Shown one piece after another: positions 62,193 through 64,000 of a stretch of DNA of 64,000 nt; the first letter of the stretch is position 1, and each line of letters starts with the position of its first letter. The notes beneath the pieces are model-generated. The model did no database searches and had not been told where the DNA came from. It saw only the letters and a list, made by a program, of their open reading frames with translations. The position numbers and the translations under genes are program-made. The stretch is from positions 26,350,001 to 26,414,000 of the forward strand of contig NC_090352.1 of the NCBI RefSeq assembly GCF_035084215.1, written 5' to 3'. This stretch comes from Heptranchias perlo (lineage: Eukaryota).

Positions 62193-62547
62193 GTGAGTAA
62201 ACACCCTTTACATATTTTTGCAACAAAAAACCCAGCCCTGACAGTTACTGTCAAACATATTCCAAAGCAAACCTTATCAAACTTAATCGAAATGCAATCG
62301 TGGATTTTTTTTAAATTCCACGGTCATTTGCAAATCAAAGTAAACAATTCGGAGAAATGCATTTTTAAAAATGTTTTCACCCTTACACACTTTAATACAA
62401 ATCAGTATTGTTGATGTTCATTTGCTCTCTTGGTTAATTTAGATACTGACATCAAAGGAGAGAATTAGATCAGCATCAAATATGTTAATTACCTAAAATT
62501 AGTACAAATGCATTTTAGGGTGCAGTTACAGTGCTACCTTTGCTTTG

Positions 62548-62669
62548 ATGATGTGGAGATGCCGGTGATGGACTGGGGTTGACAATTGTAAACAATTTTA
62601 CAACACCAAGTTATAGTCCAGCAATTTTATTTTAAATTCACAAGCTTTCGGAGACTTCCTCCTTCCTCA
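62548..62669 (-). mobile_element. Truncated copy of the same PLE 3' end in CRYBA1 intron 3
   Basis: Matches the reverse complement of 11314-11435; truncated inside the hammerhead core. Confidence 0.88.
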
Positions 62670-62959
62670 CATCAGGAATCCCATAAAAACAATTTATGGT
62701 TTGTTTCCCCTCAAATGTTTTGATTCAAACCAGCATTCTGTGCCTTCTCTACGAAGTAAATCAGATTTCAAAACTAGTTTGCACAACATGCACATCCCAT
62801 ACATGAATGTGTGTGGGTCACATCAACCTTCATGGTATGTGCTTGTCGTGGGGCCTGAAACTGGCTTTCCCATTCCAAAAAAATATAAAAGAGCTAAGTG
62901 ACAGGATAACTCTGGTCTGTGAACCCACTGCATGCACACATGCCCTAATCTCAGGATAG

Positions 62960-63575
62960 TACAGTTTGGAGTTTCCTCCTTGAGTGTAACCCGGAAGATA
63001 GACCTGAAAATGCGCCCAATGTTGCGCAGAATTTGCTGATGTCAAGTTACACCCAAGTATCCTCCCAATCTCATTAGAATACGCCCAAACTTAAAATAGC
63101 CGTAAATGGGCATAAAACAGCGTAAACAATCGGGACCCAAGGAAACGCCGAATCCACACCAGTATATTTCTTCTTTGAGTCTTAAAATTTAAGTTTCAAC
63201 TCATTTAACCATCATTCATGCACATCAGGCTCAGCATGTTTAGGAACCTTCAAATCAGGGAAGCTTTTTAATTTTTAATGTGATTTATATTTATGTAATA
63301 AAAGTGCATTAAAAGAAATAGAAAATACAGATCTCAGTGAGGATAAAGTTCTTCAAAAAAAGCTCAAAAAATTACAATTGAAAGGCCAGTAAAATTACTT
63401 TGTTGGGTGGAGATTTGTTCGGATGGAGGGTTTGATGGACGGACGTAAAAGATCAAGGAAATTTGAGTGTAGTGTGACTCACTTACGCCCAAAATTCTGC
63501 ATTCTTTAAAGGTATGTAATTTGCGCACAGATTATGGGTGTATCTGAGTGCAAATGCGGAGGAAATTGAAAGCCT
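62960..63575. mobile_element. Shorter copy of the 18810-20131 family
   Basis: Shared ccaatctcattagaat, aacaatcggg.cccaag, aaccttca..tcagggaagcttt and actcacttacgcccaaaat blocks. Confidence 0.7.
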
Positions 63576-64000
63576 ATGTGCAGTAATAATTTATTGCCAA
63601 AGCAGTGGGCAGACTCACTCGGTAGCTACAGTTTTAGGGCTCAGTTGGGTAATGGTTTCAGACTGAGGCAGGAGCATGTGACATATATTCTGGATGGCAG
63701 GAAGCACTAGCCAATAGACTAAAAGACTCAGATTGCATACTCAGATTGCATACTCCAGTCTTTCAGAGGAATTATTGTGAGAACAGGTCTGCAATTTCAG
63801 ATCTTGCTTATCAAGGGGAGTCAATTGGTTCTAGATAGTTTAAGAGATGGAACCTCATTTTAACTATTGCTGCAAAGATTACTCAATACAAGATGTACTG
63901 CACCTCAGCAGTTGCTTCACAGCTCCCTCAGGTCAGTGCTTATATGCTTTATTGTGTAGGTACAGTGACTGTTCTGATGAGTGAATCAGCAAATGATTGC

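Overview
Eukaryotic, AT-rich, repeat-dense vertebrate DNA. The repeat content (Deu-domain SINEs, CR1, L2, Penelope-like elements) and the proteins point to a cartilaginous fish, probably a shark. Genes read directly from the sequence: (1) the 5' end of MYO18A on the minus strand (CpG-rich non-coding exon 1 near 28 kb, the KE-rich/PDZ coding exon at 20943-21953, then a long intron to the window start with several candidate alternative exons and promoters); (2) an intact connexin of the Cx39.2 ('gjd2-like') group with a single coding exon, minus strand; (3) a complete five-coding-exon, 209-aa betaB1-like crystallin gene, minus strand, head-to-head (about 2.8 kb) with (4) CRYBA1 on the plus strand (exons 1-3; the gene runs off the window). 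The most unusual signal is a young Penelope-like family with four near-identical copies whose 3' end folds into a minimal type I hammerhead ribozyme. Two copies are about 230-bp non-coding palindromes with target-site duplications and a hammerhead on each strand. The window also holds several local inverted duplications, a decayed PIF/Harbinger transposase and a related MITE family. All family assignments are by eye and from recalled consensus; no database search was run.
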